This document shows, piece by piece, positions 1 to 9,647 of a stretch of DNA of 32,000 nt. The notes beneath the pieces were generated by a model, which saw only the letters and a program-made list of their open reading frames with translations, was not told the origin of the DNA and searched no databases. The DNA comes from Archaeoglobus fulgidus DSM 4304 (GTDB taxonomy: Archaea > Halobacteriota > Archaeoglobi > Archaeoglobales > Archaeoglobaceae). The translations under genes were made by a program, and so were the position numbers. How positions within the stretch are numbered: the stretch's first letter is position 1; the number at the start of each line of letters is the position of its first letter. The stretch is taken from positions 450,001 to 482,000 of the forward strand of contig NC_000917.1 of the NCBI RefSeq assembly GCF_000008665.1, given 5' to 3'.

Positions 1-200
1 TAAAGCTGCTGAAGAGCGAGCTCGACGTTCAGATCGTCGTTGGGCAGAACGGTCTGATATGGGTGAACGGAGACCGCAGAAAAGTTTCCATCGCCGAGGA
101 GGCAATCTACCTTATCGAGCAGGAGGCTCATACGGAAGGTTTAACAGATAGGGTTGCAGAATTTATAAAGAGGAGGAAGGCAGATGTCGGAATTCAATGA
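1..200 (+). CDS. rrp4: Exosome complex RNA-binding protein Rrp4, C-terminal part (gene starts before window)
   Basis: Open frame from nt 3 translates [65 protein letters not shown], a KH-type Rrp4 C-terminus; its stop (198-200) overlaps the rrp41 start, the usual archaeal exosome gene order. Confidence 0.88.
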
Positions 201-960
201 AAAACCAGAAAAGTTAATTGTAGATGGTTTAAGGCTCGATGGAAGGAAATTCGACGAGCTCAGACCAATTAAAATTGAGGCAAGCGTTTTAAAAAGGGCT
301 GACGGGTCTTGCTACCTTGAAATGGGGAAGAACAAGGTAATTGCAGCGGTTTTCGGGCCGAGAGAAGTGCATCCAAGACACCTTCAGGATCCGAGCAAGG
401 CCATCATAAGATACAGATACAACATGGCTCCTTTCAGCGTTGAAGAGCGAAAGAGGCCGGGGCCTGACAGAAGGAGCATTGAAATCTCCAAGGTCAGCAA
501 GGAGGCCTTTGAGGCGGTGATTATGAAAGAACTCTTTCCTAGAAGTGCGATTGACATTTTTGTCGAGGTTTTGCAGGCTGATGCGGGAAGCAGGACAGCC
601 TGCCTGAATGCTGCAAGCGTTGCGCTCGTCGATGCCGGAGTGCCTATGAAGGGAATGATCACGTCCGTTGCGGTGGGGAAGGCTGACGGACAGCTCGTCC
701 TCGACCCAATGAAAGAGGAGGACAATTTTGGTGAGGCCGACATGCCCTTCGCATTCCTCATCAGAAACGGAAAGATTGAGTCCATTGCACTTCTCCAGAT
801 GGACGGCAGAATGACGAGGGATGAGGTAAAGCAGGCGATTGAGCTTGCGAAGAAGGGAGCACTGCAGATTTACGAGATGCAGAGGGAGGCGATACTCAGG
901 AGGTACATAGAGGTAGGAGAGGAGATGGACGAGATAACAGAGGGTGGTGAAGATGCCTGA
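184..960 (+). CDS. rrp41: Exosome complex catalytic exonuclease subunit Rrp41 (RNase PH-like)
   Basis: 258 aa ORF with RNase PH family sequence ([50 protein letters not shown]; [33 protein letters not shown]), between rrp4 and rrp42. Confidence 0.97.
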
Positions 961-1732
961 AGACATCCTTGTGGACATTAAAAGGGACTACGTTCTGTCG
1001 AAGCTGAGGGACAACGAGAGGATAGACGGCAGAGGTTTCGACGAGTTCAGAAAGGTAGAGATAATACCGAATGTCATAGAGAAGGCTGAAGGTTCGGCGC
1101 TTGTCAAGCTGGGTGACACGCAGGTAGTGGTTGGAGTTAAAATGCAGCCGGGCGAGCCCTATCCGGACACCCCCGACAGGGGGGTTATAATCGTCAACGC
1201 CGAGCTCGTTCCTCTTGCATCGCCAACCTTCGAGCCGGGACCACCCGACGAGAACTCCATCGAACTGGCAAGAGTTGTTGACAGAGGTATCAGGGAGAGC
1301 GAGGCTGTGGACCTCTCAAAGCTCGTGATTGAAGAGGGAGAGAAGGTTTGGATCGTTTTTGTGGACATCCACGCTCTTGACGATGACGGAAACCTCCTGG
1401 ATGCTTCGGCCTTAGCTGCAATCGCCGCTCTGATGAACACCAAGGTTCCGGCAGAGAGGTTCGACCTTGGAGAGGACTACCTGCTGCCCGTCAGAGACCT
1501 TCCGGTGTCTGTGACGTCGCTGATTGTGGGTAACAAGTATCTCGTCGACCCCAGCAGGGAGGAAATGAGCGTTGGAGATACGACTCTTACAATCACAACC
1601 GACAAGGATGATAACGTCGTTGCGATGCAGAAAAGCGGTGGTTACCTGCTAGATGAAAAGCTTTTCGATGAGCTTCTGGATGTGAGCATAAACTGCGCGA
1701 GGAAGCTGAGGGAGAAATTTAAGGAAATTTAA
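953..1732 (+). CDS. rrp42: Exosome complex subunit Rrp42 (RNase PH-like)
   Basis: ORF track 944..1732; the ATG at 953 ([34 protein letters not shown]) is the likelier start. Overlaps the rrp41 stop. Confidence 0.95.
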   Translation: MPEDILVDIKRDYVLSKLRDNERIDGRGFDEFRKVEIIPNVIEKAEGSALVKLGDTQVVVGVKMQPGEPYPDTPDRGVIIVNAELVPLASPTFEPGPPDENSIELARVVDRGIRESEAVDLSKLVIEEGEKVWIVFVDIHALDDDGNLLDASALAAIAALMNTKVPAERFDLGEDYLLPVRDLPVSVTSLIVGNKYLVDPSREEMSVGDTTLTITTDKDDNVVAMQKSGGYLLDEKLFDELLDVSINCARKLREKFKEI

Positions 1733-1853
1733 TTTTCTTTATTATTTTGTTGTTGTTTATGAAAATTTTTTTAGTCCAAAATTGTTGTAAAGGAAACGCA
1801 ATTGTATCCATGTATGGATGCAAACACCACGAAGATTACAGAAATACTAAGAA

Positions 1854-2122
1854 CTACGCAGCGTACTTTGCTATTTGCCCCGTTAATCTGCTCCAAACTA
1901 TAATAAGCAGTCCCAGCAAAAAACCATATTTCATGATATAGGTTACCTTCTTGTCAAATTCTTCTTTGCGTTCATGTTTTCCCACGCGTAGAATAATATG
2001 CGTAGACGCTGTTGCATCTCCTACCTGATCAACAGCCGTCCCAACCACGCCAAGCAAATTGTCACTGCAAGCCACTTCATAACCTCTTCATTCCAACCCC
2101 TTACAACCATGACTTGTTTCAT
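1854..2122 (-). other. Possible small two-TM membrane protein gene, frame-broken
   Basis: Minus-strand frame from ATG at 2122 gives MKQVMVVRGWNEEVMKWLAVTICLAWLGRLLIR* (ends 2021). The -1 frame (ORF 1854..2075) continues GTAVDQVGDATASTHIILRVGKHERKEEFDKKVTYIMKYGFLLGLLIIVWSRLTGQIAKYAA*. Two hydrophobic segments; no family recognised. Confidence 0.25.
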
Positions 2123-2208
2123 CAAACCATTGACACTTAATGTATTTAACCTTTACTCATTAGTAGCAAATAGCAAATATTATAAAATCGATGCCGTCCC
2201 GTGCAAGC

Positions 2209-2858
2209 ATGAAGCTAATAACAAACCCCGACGAATTCTTCCGGTTGATGATCAGCCAAAACACCAACCTTAAAAAACCAGCATTGATCGTTCTCGCAAT
2301 TTCGCTCCTTGCAGCCCTCTACCAGTACAGATGACACTGAAGCTCTCCCAAGCCCTTCCGGAAAGCCTTAAATCCTTCTTCATAGCGGGAGCGTACATAC
2401 AGCTTGTTTCAACCTTTCTCGGTTTCTTTGCTACCTGGCTGATAATCGCTGCAGTCATGCACGGTCTTTCAGCATTTTTTGATGGCAGAGGAGAGTTCAG
2501 AAGAACCTTTGAGTTCGCAGGCTACGGCTTTATGCTCTCTTTGCTTGGCTCTGCTGTAACTATCCCGGTGTCTCTGAAGTATGTTGAGGAAGCAACAATC
2601 CCTACAATTGACCTGCAGGAGCTGTCGGCAAATCCGGAAATTCTTGTCAAATCACTTGTAAGCCACTTCCCCGACAGCTACGTTTATTCTGCCATCTTCC
2701 TGAACCTCGCCGTTACTGCTTGGAGCTTCTTAATCTGGACCTTCGCCCTTAAAAACGCTCGCAATGTTGAATTAAAGCAGGCAGCAGTTTGTGCGGCAAT
2801 TCCAACGGCGATTTTTGGCGTTTATCAGGTTATGGCTCTGGTGAGGCTGCTGCAATAG
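2209..2858 (+). pseudogene. Yip1-family integral membrane protein, disrupted by an apparent single-nucleotide frame break
   Basis: 2209..2334 encodes MKLITNPDEFFRLMISQNTNLKKPALIVLAISLLAALYQYR*, a Yip1-like N-terminus; 2331..2858 in the -1 frame encodes the remaining multi-TM part (MTLKLSQALPESLKSFFIAGAYIQLVSTFLGFFATWLIIAAVMHGLS...). Confidence 0.7.
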
Positions 2859-2990
2859 CGCTGTATTGTTAATTGAGATGGGAGCAGATGAGCGAGAGGG
2901 ACTGCAAGATCACATTATCTTAATTTTAGTTGCGAAGAAGATACAGCCAATCACACCAAACTTTAAATCCTTTTAAGCATAATTGGTTCA

Positions 2991-5336
2991 ATGGAAAGAG
3001 TTGAGGGCTGGCTCATCGATGCAGATTACGAGACAATCGGTGGTAAGGCCGTAGTAAGGCTGTGGTGCAAGGATGATCAGGGGATTTTCGTCGCATACGA
3101 CTACAACTTCGACCCGTACTTCTACGTTATCGGCGTTGATGAGGATATTCTGAAAAACGCTGCAACTTCTACGAGAAGAGAGGTTATTAAATTAAAGTCC
3201 TTCGAAAAAGCTCAGCTGAAGACTCTAGGAAGGGAAGTTGAGGGATACATCGTTTACGCTCACCACCCTCAGCATGTTCCCAAATTGAGGGACTACCTGT
3301 CTCAATTCGGCGATGTTAGGGAAGCAGATATTCCTTTCGCGTACCGCTACCTAATTGACAAAGACTTGGCTTGCATGGACGGCATAGCGATCGAGGGGGA
3401 AAAGCAGGGAGGGGTTATCAGGAGCTACAAAATTGAGAAAGTGGAGAGAATTCCGAGAATGGAGTTTCCAGAGCTTAAAATGCTCGTTTTCGATTGTGAA
3501 ATGCTATCTTCATTTGGTATGCCCGAGCCGGAGAAGGACCCAATCATAGTCATATCGGTAAAAACCAACGACGATGATGAGATAATCCTCACCGGAGATG
3601 AGAGAAAAATCATCTCGGATTTTGTCAAGCTTATAAAGAGCTACGATCCCGACATAATCGTCGGATACAATCAGGATGCCTTCGACTGGCCCTATTTGAG
3701 GAAGAGGGCGGAGAGATGGAACATCCCGCTTGACGTTGGAAGGGACGGTTCAAACGTCGTTTTCAGGGGGGGAAGGCCAAAGATAACTGGAAGGCTGAAC
3801 GTTGACCTTTACGACATCGCCATGAGAATCTCGGACATCAAAATAAAAAAGCTCGAGAACGTTGCGGAGTTTCTCGGCACGAAAATAGAGATTGCCGACA
3901 TTGAGGCGAAGGACATTTACCGCTACTGGAGCAGAGGGGAAAAGGAGAAGGTGCTCAACTACGCCAGACAGGACGCTATAAACACCTATCTCATCGCCAA
4001 AGAGCTATTACCGATGCACTACGAGCTTTCGAAAATGATACGTCTGCCAGTGGATGACGTAACGAGGATGGGAAGGGGAAAGCAGGTAGACTGGCTGCTG
4101 CTCAGCGAGGCAAAGAAGATTGGGGAAATAGCTCCAAACCCACCTGAACACGCGGAGAGTTATGAGGGTGCTTTCGTCCTTGAGCCCGAGAGGGGGCTTC
4201 ATGAGAACGTCGCCTGCTTAGACTTTGCAAGCATGTATCCTTCCATAATGATAGCCTTCAACATCAGCCCAGACACATACGGCTGCAGAGATGACTGCTA
4301 CGAAGCCCCCGAGGTTGGGCATAAGTTCCGCAAGTCACCTGACGGATTTTTCAAGAGAATTCTTAGAATGCTCATAGAGAAGAGGAGAGAGCTCAAAGTT
4401 GAGCTTAAAAACCTCAGTCCTGAAAGTTCTGAGTACAAACTTCTCGACATAAAGCAACAAACTCTGAAGGTTCTCACCAACTCGTTCTACGGCTACATGG
4501 GCTGGAACCTCGCAAGGTGGTACTGCCATCCCTGCGCTGAGGCAACAACAGCTTGGGGAAGACACTTCATCAGGACCTCGGCAAAAATAGCAGAAAGCAT
4601 GGGATTCAAAGTTCTTTATGGGGATACGGACAGCATTTTCGTCACCAAGGCAGGAATGACCAAAGAGGACGTGGATAGGTTGATAGATAAGCTCCACGAG
4701 GAGCTGCCGATACAGATTGAGGTGGATGAGTATTACTCAGCCATATTCTTCGTTGAAAAGAAGCGCTATGCGGGGCTTACTGAAGATGGAAGGCTGGTGG
4801 TGAAGGGGCTTGAGGTAAGAAGGGGAGACTGGTGCGAGCTGGCCAAGAAGGTGCAGAGGGAAGTTATTGAGGTTATACTCAAAGAAAAGAACCCCGAAAA
4901 GGCTTTGTCTCTGGTTAAAGACGTTATTTTGAGAATCAAAGAGGGAAAAGTGTCTTTAGAAGAGGTGGTGATTTACAAAGGTCTAACGAAGAAGCCGTCA
5001 AAGTACGAGTCCATGCAGGCCCACGTTAAGGCCGCTCTAAAGGCAAGAGAAATGGGAATCATTTATCCTGTCTCGTCAAAGATTGGCTATGTGATAGTCA
5101 AGGGCTCCGGGAACATAGGGGACAGAGCCTACCCCATAGACCTGATTGAGGACTTCGACGGGGAAAATCTGAGGATAAAAACGAAGAGCGGAATAGAGAT
5201 AAAGAAGCTTGACAAGGACTACTACATTGACAACCAGATCATCCCGTCGGTTCTGAGAATACTTGAAAGGTTCGGCTACACCGAAGCCTCCTTGAAGGGT
5301 TCATCGCAGATGAGCCTGGATTCATTCTTCAGCTAA
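2991..5336 (+). CDS. polB: Family B DNA polymerase (PolB)
   Basis: 781 aa; exonuclease motif (LVFDCEMLS), SLYPSI-equivalent DFASMYPSIMIAFNISPDT, KxxxNSxYG (KVLTNSFYGYMG) and YGDTDS motifs. Confidence 0.98.
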   Translation: MERVEGWLIDADYETIGGKAVVRLWCKDDQGIFVAYDYNFDPYFYVIGVDEDILKNAATSTRREVIKLKSFEKAQLKTLGREVEGYIVYAHHPQHVPKLRDYLSQFGDVREADIPFAYRYLIDKDLACMDGIAIEGEKQGGVIRSYKIEKVERIPRMEFPELKMLVFDCEMLSSFGMPEPEKDPIIVISVKTNDDDEIILTGDERKIISDFVKLIKSYDPDIIVGYNQDAFDWPYLRKRAERWNIPLDVGRDGSNVVFRGGRPKITGRLNVDLYDIAMRISDIKIKKLENVAEFLGTKIEIADIEAKDIYRYWSRGEKEKVLNYARQDAINTYLIAKELLPMHYELSKMIRLPVDDVTRMGRGKQVDWLLLSEAKKIGEIAPNPPEHAESYEGAFVLEPERGLHENVACLDFASMYPSIMIAFNISPDTYGCRDDCYEAPEVGHKFRKSPDGFFKRILRMLIEKRRELKVELKNLSPESSEYKLLDIKQQTLKVLTNSFYGYMGWNLARWYCHPCAEATTAWGRHFIRTSAKIAESMGFKVLYGDTDSIFVTKAGMTKEDVDRLIDKLHEELPIQIEVDEYYSAIFFVEKKRYAGLTEDGRLVVKGLEVRRGDWCELAKKVQREVIEVILKEKNPEKALSLVKDVILRIKEGKVSLEEVVIYKGLTKKPSKYESMQAHVKAALKAREMGIIYPVSSKIGYVIVKGSGNIGDRAYPIDLIEDFDGENLRIKTKSGIEIKKLDKDYYIDNQIIPSVLRILERFGYTEASLKGSSQMSLDSFFS

Positions 5337-5506
5337 CTCTCACGAACGAATTTTCCAATTCGAATTCTGGAATATTCGCATAACTTTGAACTTCCATCAA
5401 CTTGCAATTTCATTCTCCAACATTGCCACTGCAGTAGAACTATGTGGCTATATCTGATTCTTAAAATTTTAAAGATAAAATTTGTTTTGACAACATTAAG
5501 TAAAGG

Positions 5507-5513
5507 TTATATA
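5507..5513 (+). promoter_or_regulatory. Candidate TATA box for the acyl-CoA dehydrogenase gene
   Basis: AAAGG-TTATATACC begins about 27 nt before the ATG at 5534, implying a leaderless or near-leaderless transcript. Confidence 0.55.
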
Positions 5514-5533
5514 CCAAATCTAGAACCTGTGCT

Positions 5534-7264
5534 ATGGACTTGCTGAACCCGAAGAAGTATAACGGAGACCATCTGGATGAGAAGAGCAGAGAAATAATGC
5601 TGAAAACCATCGAGTTTTTCGAGAACATGGGAAAGGCCAAGCTGAAGGAGAAGGCGAGCAAGAGGGAGTGGTATGCTGACTTTCTGGAGTTCATAAAGGA
5701 GAACAAAATCTTCTACACCCTCATGACCCCGCCGGAATACGCAGACGGCGACCCCAACGTGAGGTGGGACACATGGAGAATCTGCGACTTCAGCGAGCTC
5801 CTGGCCTTCTACAGCCTCGACTACTGGTACACGTGGCAGGTTACGGTTCTCGGCCTCGGGCCAATCTGGATGAGCAAGAACGAGAAGATAAAGAAGGAGG
5901 TTGCCGAGCTTCTCAAGAACGGTGCAGTCTTTGCGTTCGGTTTGTCTGAAAGGGAGCACGGGGCTGATATTTATGCTACCGAAACCAAGCTCGTCCCTCA
6001 GCCTGATGGCACCTACAAGGCCTACGGAAGGAAGTACTACATTGGCAACTCCAACGTCGCTGCGATAATCTCAACCTTTGCGAGGATCGCCGACCCAGAC
6101 GGCAGTTTGCCTGACAAGCCCGACAAGAGCAGGTTTGCCTTCTTCGCACTCAGAAGGGATGAGAAATACTACGAGCTTATAAAGAACATCGTGGATGCGC
6201 AGATGTTTGTCGGAGATTTCCTCATTCACGATTATCCCGTAACTGAGGACGACATACTTGAGAAGGGAGAGGAGGCTTGGGACGCTGCTTTGAACACCGT
6301 AAACGTTGGAAAGTTCAACCTCGGCTGGGCCTCAATCGGAATCTGCACCCACGCCTTCTACGAGGCTATAAACCACGCCTCAAAGAGGAGACTCTACGGA
6401 ATGTACGTAACAGACTTCCCGCACATCAAAAGGCTGTTCGTTGACGCCTATGCAAGGCTCATGGCTATGAAGCTCTTTGCAAGAAGAGCCTGCGACTACA
6501 TGAGAGTTGCTTCGAGGGAGGACAGGAGATACCTGCTCTACAGCGCCATGGTGAAGTCGAAGGTGACGAGGGAGGGCGAGGAGGTAATCAACCTGCTCTG
6601 GGACGTTATAGCAGCCAAAGGATTCGAGAAGGACACCTACTTCGAGATGGCGGCAAGGCACATCCGAGCATTGCCCAAGCTTGAGGGGACTGTTCACGTG
6701 AACATGGCTCTGATACTGAAATTCCTTCCGAAGTACCTCTTCGAGCCAGCAGAATTCCCAGAAGTGCCGAAGATGGATGTTCCGAAGCACGATGAGTTTC
6801 TGTTCAACCAGGGCCCCTCTGGAGGGCTGAGTCAGGTTAGATTCCACGACTATCAAAAGGTCTACGACAGCTTCGACTTCCCCAACATCAACGTCTTCAA
6901 AGAGCAGATTGCCACCTTCAAGGAGATGTGCATGGCTGCTCCTCCCTCACCAGAGCAGATGAGGGACTTCGACTTCATGGTAACGTGGGGCGAGATGTTC
7001 GCCCTCCTCGTCTACGGCCACCTGATTCTTGAGGCAGCTAAAATCTACGATGTCGACAAAGATTTGCTGGAAGAGATTTTCGACTTCATGATCAGGGACT
7101 TCTCAAAGTTTGCGGTTGAGCTGATGGCAAAGCCCTCAGCTACGGACAAGCAGATTGAGTACGCAAAGAAGATGATAAAGAGACCTGTTCCAGACAAGGA
7201 GCGCTTCGAGAGGGTTGTGAAGAAAGTTTACTCCTATGCAGATGCCTACGAGATGAACCCTTAA
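5534..7264 (+). CDS. Acyl-CoA dehydrogenase family protein, large form
   Basis: 576 aa; acyl-CoA dehydrogenase-like central region (FAFGLSEREHGADIYATETKLVPQPDGTYKAYGRKYYIGNSNVAAIISTFARI) and C-terminal helical domain. Confidence 0.85.
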   Translation: MDLLNPKKYNGDHLDEKSREIMLKTIEFFENMGKAKLKEKASKREWYADFLEFIKENKIFYTLMTPPEYADGDPNVRWDTWRICDFSELLAFYSLDYWYTWQVTVLGLGPIWMSKNEKIKKEVAELLKNGAVFAFGLSEREHGADIYATETKLVPQPDGTYKAYGRKYYIGNSNVAAIISTFARIADPDGSLPDKPDKSRFAFFALRRDEKYYELIKNIVDAQMFVGDFLIHDYPVTEDDILEKGEEAWDAALNTVNVGKFNLGWASIGICTHAFYEAINHASKRRLYGMYVTDFPHIKRLFVDAYARLMAMKLFARRACDYMRVASREDRRYLLYSAMVKSKVTREGEEVINLLWDVIAAKGFEKDTYFEMAARHIRALPKLEGTVHVNMALILKFLPKYLFEPAEFPEVPKMDVPKHDEFLFNQGPSGGLSQVRFHDYQKVYDSFDFPNINVFKEQIATFKEMCMAAPPSPEQMRDFDFMVTWGEMFALLVYGHLILEAAKIYDVDKDLLEEIFDFMIRDFSKFAVELMAKPSATDKQIEYAKKMIKRPVPDKERFERVVKKVYSYADAYEMNP

Positions 7265-7577
7265 TTTTTTCTTTTATACCAACCAATTTGGTTTAAAAGC
7301 AGGAATACCGAAAAATTAAGTCATCTGAAGCTGGAGTAGCAGCAAAGCTAATGCTCCTACAGAGAGGACAATTAAATCTTTAATCTCAATTACAGGTCTT
7401 ATCTCCATACTCATCACCAGATTATACTTATCCCCCATTATATTTAAAGTTTTCCTCTATACATAAGCCAAAATCTTATAATAACCATTATTATGAGGTC
7501 AAAAATCATCATTTTTCGATATATTTTGGCTCTCCTAAGTCCGCAGACGGCTCAGAATCGAATAAAAAAGCAAAAGG

Positions 7578-7586
7578 TTAATATAA
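7578..7586 (+). promoter_or_regulatory. Candidate TATA box for the hme operon
   Basis: AAAAGG-TTAATATAAG about 70 nt upstream of the ATG at 7650; GGAGG Shine-Dalgarno at 7638-7642. Confidence 0.45.
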
Positions 7587-7649
7587 GCTAAATATACAGC
7601 AGACAGAGAATTTGAAGTTTACAGAAAAGCCGTAATCGGAGGAATAAAC

Positions 7650-8459
7650 ATGATGTCGAGAAGAAAATTTCTGTTGCTAACGGGAGCAGCAGCAGCGGGA
7701 GCTATTTTAACTCCGCAAATCTCAGCAAAAACACAGTTCATCGAATCTCCTGAGGAGGTCAGAGAGAAGAGAAGATGGGCCATGGCCGTTGACGTTGAAA
7801 GGTGCACGCAGTGCATGGAGGAGCTTATCGCAAAAACTGGCGACGAGAAGATAAAGCCACCGTGCGTTGTTGCATGCGACAAAGAAAACAACGTTCCAGA
7901 GTTTGAGGAAGAGAGATTTGACCCTCAGTGGATGAGGATAGCGAAACTGAAGCTCGATAAGCCTGAAGTGAATCCTAAAGAGTACTACATCCCTCTGCTC
8001 TGCAACCACTGCGAGCACCCACCATGTGTTCAGGTCTGCCTTACAAAGGCGAGCTTCAAGAGACCCGATGGCATTGTTGAGATAGACATGCACCGTTGCA
8101 TCGGCTGCAGATACTGCATGATTGCCTGTCCCTACGGGGCGAGATGCTTCAACTTCATTGATCCAAGAGAGGGGCTGAAGGAGGTAAATCCGAACGTCCA
8201 GATGAGAACAGAAGGTGTGGTGGAGAAGTGTACTTTCTGCGTCCACAGGATTGATGAGGCTGTGAAGAAGGGTGAGGAGCCGATTCCGGCATGCGTTGAG
8301 GCCTGCCACAAGTACGGGAAAGGAGCGCTGGTGTTTGGAAATATTAAAGATCCAAACAGCGAGATTTCAAAGATTCTCAGGGAAAATATCGTCGTTCAGC
8401 TCAGGGCAAATCTTGGCACAGATCCGCACGTTTTCTACGCCAAGCTGGGGGGTGAGTAA
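7650..8459 (+). CDS. hmeA: HmeA / DsrO-like periplasmic ferredoxin-type iron-sulfur protein with Tat signal
   Basis: N-terminus MMSRRKFLLLTGAAAAGAILTPQISA (twin-arginine); cysteine motifs CNHCEHPPCVQVC, CIGCRYCMIACP, CTFC...CVEAC, CTQC...CVVAC; ribosome-binding site GGAGG. Confidence 0.9.
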   Translation: MMSRRKFLLLTGAAAAGAILTPQISAKTQFIESPEEVREKRRWAMAVDVERCTQCMEELIAKTGDEKIKPPCVVACDKENNVPEFEEERFDPQWMRIAKLKLDKPEVNPKEYYIPLLCNHCEHPPCVQVCLTKASFKRPDGIVEIDMHRCIGCRYCMIACPYGARCFNFIDPREGLKEVNPNVQMRTEGVVEKCTFCVHRIDEAVKKGEEPIPACVEACHKYGKGALVFGNIKDPNSEISKILRENIVVQLRANLGTDPHVFYAKLGGE

Positions 8460-9647
8460 ATGGCGGTGGAGTTTAAGAAAATTGAGGGTGACTCAATCCA
8501 GTACTTCGCTCTCGTGATAATACTGGCAGCAGTTACAGCCTTGGGCTTTTACGCTTACGTTCTCGACCACAAAATGGGCCTTAACGGGCTGAGCAACCGT
8601 GTGCCTTGGGGCATTGTCAACGCTGGAATCCCCTACTTCATCGGTTTAAGTGCGGGCTCGCTCATAGTCTCGGCTCTCGCCGGAGTGTTCAACATAAAGA
8701 AGTACAAGGTTTTCAGCAGAATTGCCGCATATATGGCAGCTGCGTGGATTATCGCAGCAATTCTCAGCATTGCTCTCGACATAGGAAAGCTCTACCACTT
8801 CATGAACGCTGTGAGGTACTTCAACCCGACGTCGATCTTCTCGTGGAACGCGTTTTTGTATTCAAGCTACTTTGTCATCTGTTCCATTTACCTGCTTGTG
8901 CAGTTTGAGGAGATGGAAAAGGCAACAAGGTTCATGGCCGGATTGGCAGTTTTCTGGGCTGTCCTCGTTCACAGCGGTACCGGAGCCATCTACAGCTTTG
9001 TTTATTCAAAAGAACTTTACCACTCAGCTCTAACGCCACCAATGTTCATCGTGTGTGCTATCACCTCAGGTTTGGGATTGCTCCTTGCGAACCTCTACTT
9101 CACCTTCCGCTTTACCAAGAGGGAGCTTGATCCAAAGCTGATCAGAGGGTTGGCTCTGATTTTCGCCGGGCTGATGATGGTTCTTGGCTACTTCCTTGCA
9201 GTTGAGGGGCTTGAAAAGGGGTACATCCCAGCGCTGCATGAAGCGGTTCAGTTTGTGTTCCTGACACCCACATCAGGCGTATTCTGGAGCTTCTGGCTGC
9301 TGGTAATCTTCGGCATAGCGATACCGATAATAATTGTCCTGAACCCAAAGACTGGATACGACCTCAGATGGATAACCTTTGCCGGAATCCTGCACGCTGC
9401 ACTGGTCTTTGCAGAGCGTTTCTACCTGATCATCCCTGGACAGGTGTTCCCTGAGGAATATTTGCCCGGATACGAGCTTGAGTCACTGCACACCCTCGAA
9501 GGTTACATTGTTTCCTATACACCATCAGTCTTCGAGTGGCTGCAGGTAATAGGGCTGATTGCCATGGTCTACCTGATTTTCGTGGTTGGAGTTAAGCTGT
9601 TCGCACTGATTCCCGAAAGGGCAGTGGAGGAGGTGGTGGAAGAATGA
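8460..9647 (+). CDS. hmeB: HmeB / DsrP-like NrfD/PsrC-family integral membrane protein
   Basis: 395 aa, multi-TM, NrfD-like (NRVPWGIVNAGIPYFIGLSAGSLIVSALAGVFNIKKYKVFSRIAAY); directly follows hmeA. Confidence 0.9.
   Translation: MAVEFKKIEGDSIQYFALVIILAAVTALGFYAYVLDHKMGLNGLSNRVPWGIVNAGIPYFIGLSAGSLIVSALAGVFNIKKYKVFSRIAAYMAAAWIIAAILSIALDIGKLYHFMNAVRYFNPTSIFSWNAFLYSSYFVICSIYLLVQFEEMEKATRFMAGLAVFWAVLVHSGTGAIYSFVYSKELYHSALTPPMFIVCAITSGLGLLLANLYFTFRFTKRELDPKLIRGLALIFAGLMMVLGYFLAVEGLEKGYIPALHEAVQFVFLTPTSGVFWSFWLLVIFGIAIPIIIVLNPKTGYDLRWITFAGILHAALVFAERFYLIIPGQVFPEEYLPGYELESLHTLEGYIVSYTPSVFEWLQVIGLIAMVYLIFVVGVKLFALIPERAVEEVVEE

Noticed and set aside
944-952. GTG start of rrp42 at 944
   Set aside because: The internal ATG at 953 gives the family-typical start and overlaps the rrp41 stop less.
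289-978. Long antisense ORFs such as 289..978(-), 4335..4697(-), 6380..6856(-), 7722..8309(-), 11511..12170(-), 16577..16927(-), 22938..23309(-)
   Set aside because: Each lies opposite a well-supported conserved gene and gives low-complexity or unfamiliar protein; they are shadows of the GC-rich codon usage on the coding strand.
1747-1941. 64-aa plus-strand ORF after rrp42
   Set aside because: Atypical composition, no recognisable family, and it overlaps the slightly more credible minus-strand membrane ORF; not reported as a gene.
1998-2273. 91-aa plus-strand ORF (MRRRCCISYLINSRPNHAKQ...)
   Set aside because: Cys/His/Asn-rich, no domain, and it overlaps the Yip1-like N-terminus in another frame; likely spurious.
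5420-5490. AT-rich near-palindrome CTTAAAATTTTAAAG upstream of the acyl-CoA dehydrogenase gene
   Set aside because: Imperfect and made mostly of A/T runs, expected by chance in AT-rich archaeal intergenic DNA.
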